Program-made: the position numbers and the translations under genes
In this document: positions 62,903 through 64,000 of the stretch, one piece after another
Layout: each line of letters begins with the position of its first letter
How positions within the stretch are numbered: the first letter of the stretch is position 1
The notes under the pieces: model-generated
Database searches by the model: none
Told to the model about the DNA's origin: nothing
What the model saw: the letters and a program-made list of their open reading frames with translations, nothing else
Origin: Carcharhinus amblyrhynchos
Lineage: Eukaryota
DNA length: 64,000 bases
Reading direction: 5' to 3'
Assembly: GCA_965287045.1 (NCBI GenBank)
Contig: OZ336881.1
Coordinates: 46,252,001-46,316,000 of the forward strand

Positions 62903-64000
62903 TGCCAGTAAATGTTGATACTTGGTTTAGGACAAGATCAGAAATAATGCATAAGGTGTGGTTGCACCTGACTTTTTACTTCCCTCAACGGCAGCTGTTC
63001 CTTCTACAAGCCTGAGTATCATTAAAATCAACAAAGGAATTCCCACCCTGGTGACATTAGTTGCTGCAAGCATTGTTGCTGCTTGTAGCAAGATAGCTGG
63101 AAGAAAATGAAGGCAATAGAAGTTTCACAGTGCATAAAATTAGGCCTGAACAACGAGAAAATGAATGCACTAATAAAAATGCAAATATAGCAAAATACTA
63201 AAAGCAAAATGATTAGCTATCCAACTTACAATTAAAAAGTGATAGCTTAAAGAAGCTTGCTACTCATGGACAGATAATTGACCCACTGTATGTCTATTTT
63301 AAACGAGTGAATAATGCTGTCAGCAAGAAGGTGACAAGATAAAATTAAATATGTTAGGAAAGTTTAATGAGCCTTGCACTGATTATTAGCACATCCCCCA
63401 ATAAAGTCAGTATTTTTCTGTACTGTGAATAATGACACATTGCAGATTGGATGCATGAGCCCTCACACCTGATAGTGACCAGCATTGACTCTGAGCAAAG
63501 CTTCATAGCATTTCTGTACCCTTCCAAAAAAGGACAGAAATAGTCATCGGCCAATGTTGACAACAGTAATTCATATACTTGTGTGGACCGTGCTGGACAC
63601 GTTATAAACGTGGAGGGAATATTCCCTACGGTAACATTTTCTACAAAATAGCTTATAAAACAAATCTTTTTTTACTCTGTTTTACACTGTTAATAAGACA
63701 TCACAATTAAAGTAAGTCTCCCTCTCCCTCATTACTAAAACATTTTTGTAAGTCTTCAGAACCTTATTTCTTCAGATACCTCATTTACTTTGTTGCTGTG
63801 ATCAAATATATCAGTTATTTTGTTAATTAATGTTTTTAAATTGATGTGCATGAATATTTTCACACAACCTGGATCCATAAAGATTAGATTGTTGAATATG
63901 TGCTGTGCTGCTTCAGTTTGTTAGATTTTCATACTGTTTGCACTTTGTTTGTTGACAAAAACTGTGCCATCTTCAACTTTTCTCTGCTGAACAAACAGGA

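Noticed and set aside
1-64000. Prokaryotic-type systems (CRISPR, operons, retrons) or real tRNA genes
   Set aside because: No spaced direct-repeat array or gene-dense region. All tRNA-like A/B boxes belong to SINE heads, and the RT is a vertebrate CR1 type.

Overview
AT-rich, repeat-dense eukaryotic DNA, almost certainly from a shark (elasmobranch). It carries HE1/V-SINEs, SacSINE1-like DeuSINEs, many CR1 (HER1-like) LINE fragments, L2 tails, an old RTE LINE, Penelope-like element (PLE) fragments, a hAT-Charlie/Buster transposase relic, PIF/Harbinger relics and MITEs, and probable LTR remnants. I recognise no host protein-coding exon, RNA gene or CRISPR array, so the window reads as intronic or intergenic. 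The only long ORF (37895-39436) is a 5'-truncated, young CR1 reverse transcriptase. The most notable structures are: three TSD-flanked fold-back PLE insertions, two carrying minimal hammerhead ribozyme motifs; a near-perfect 46-bp inverted duplication; a hairpin-bounded micro-inversion inside a CR1; a 136-bp direct duplication with asymmetric CpG decay; and one SINE head joined to three different tails. I found no convincing wholly new system. Repeat family names come from pattern recall, not a database search, and boundaries of degraded repeats are approximate.
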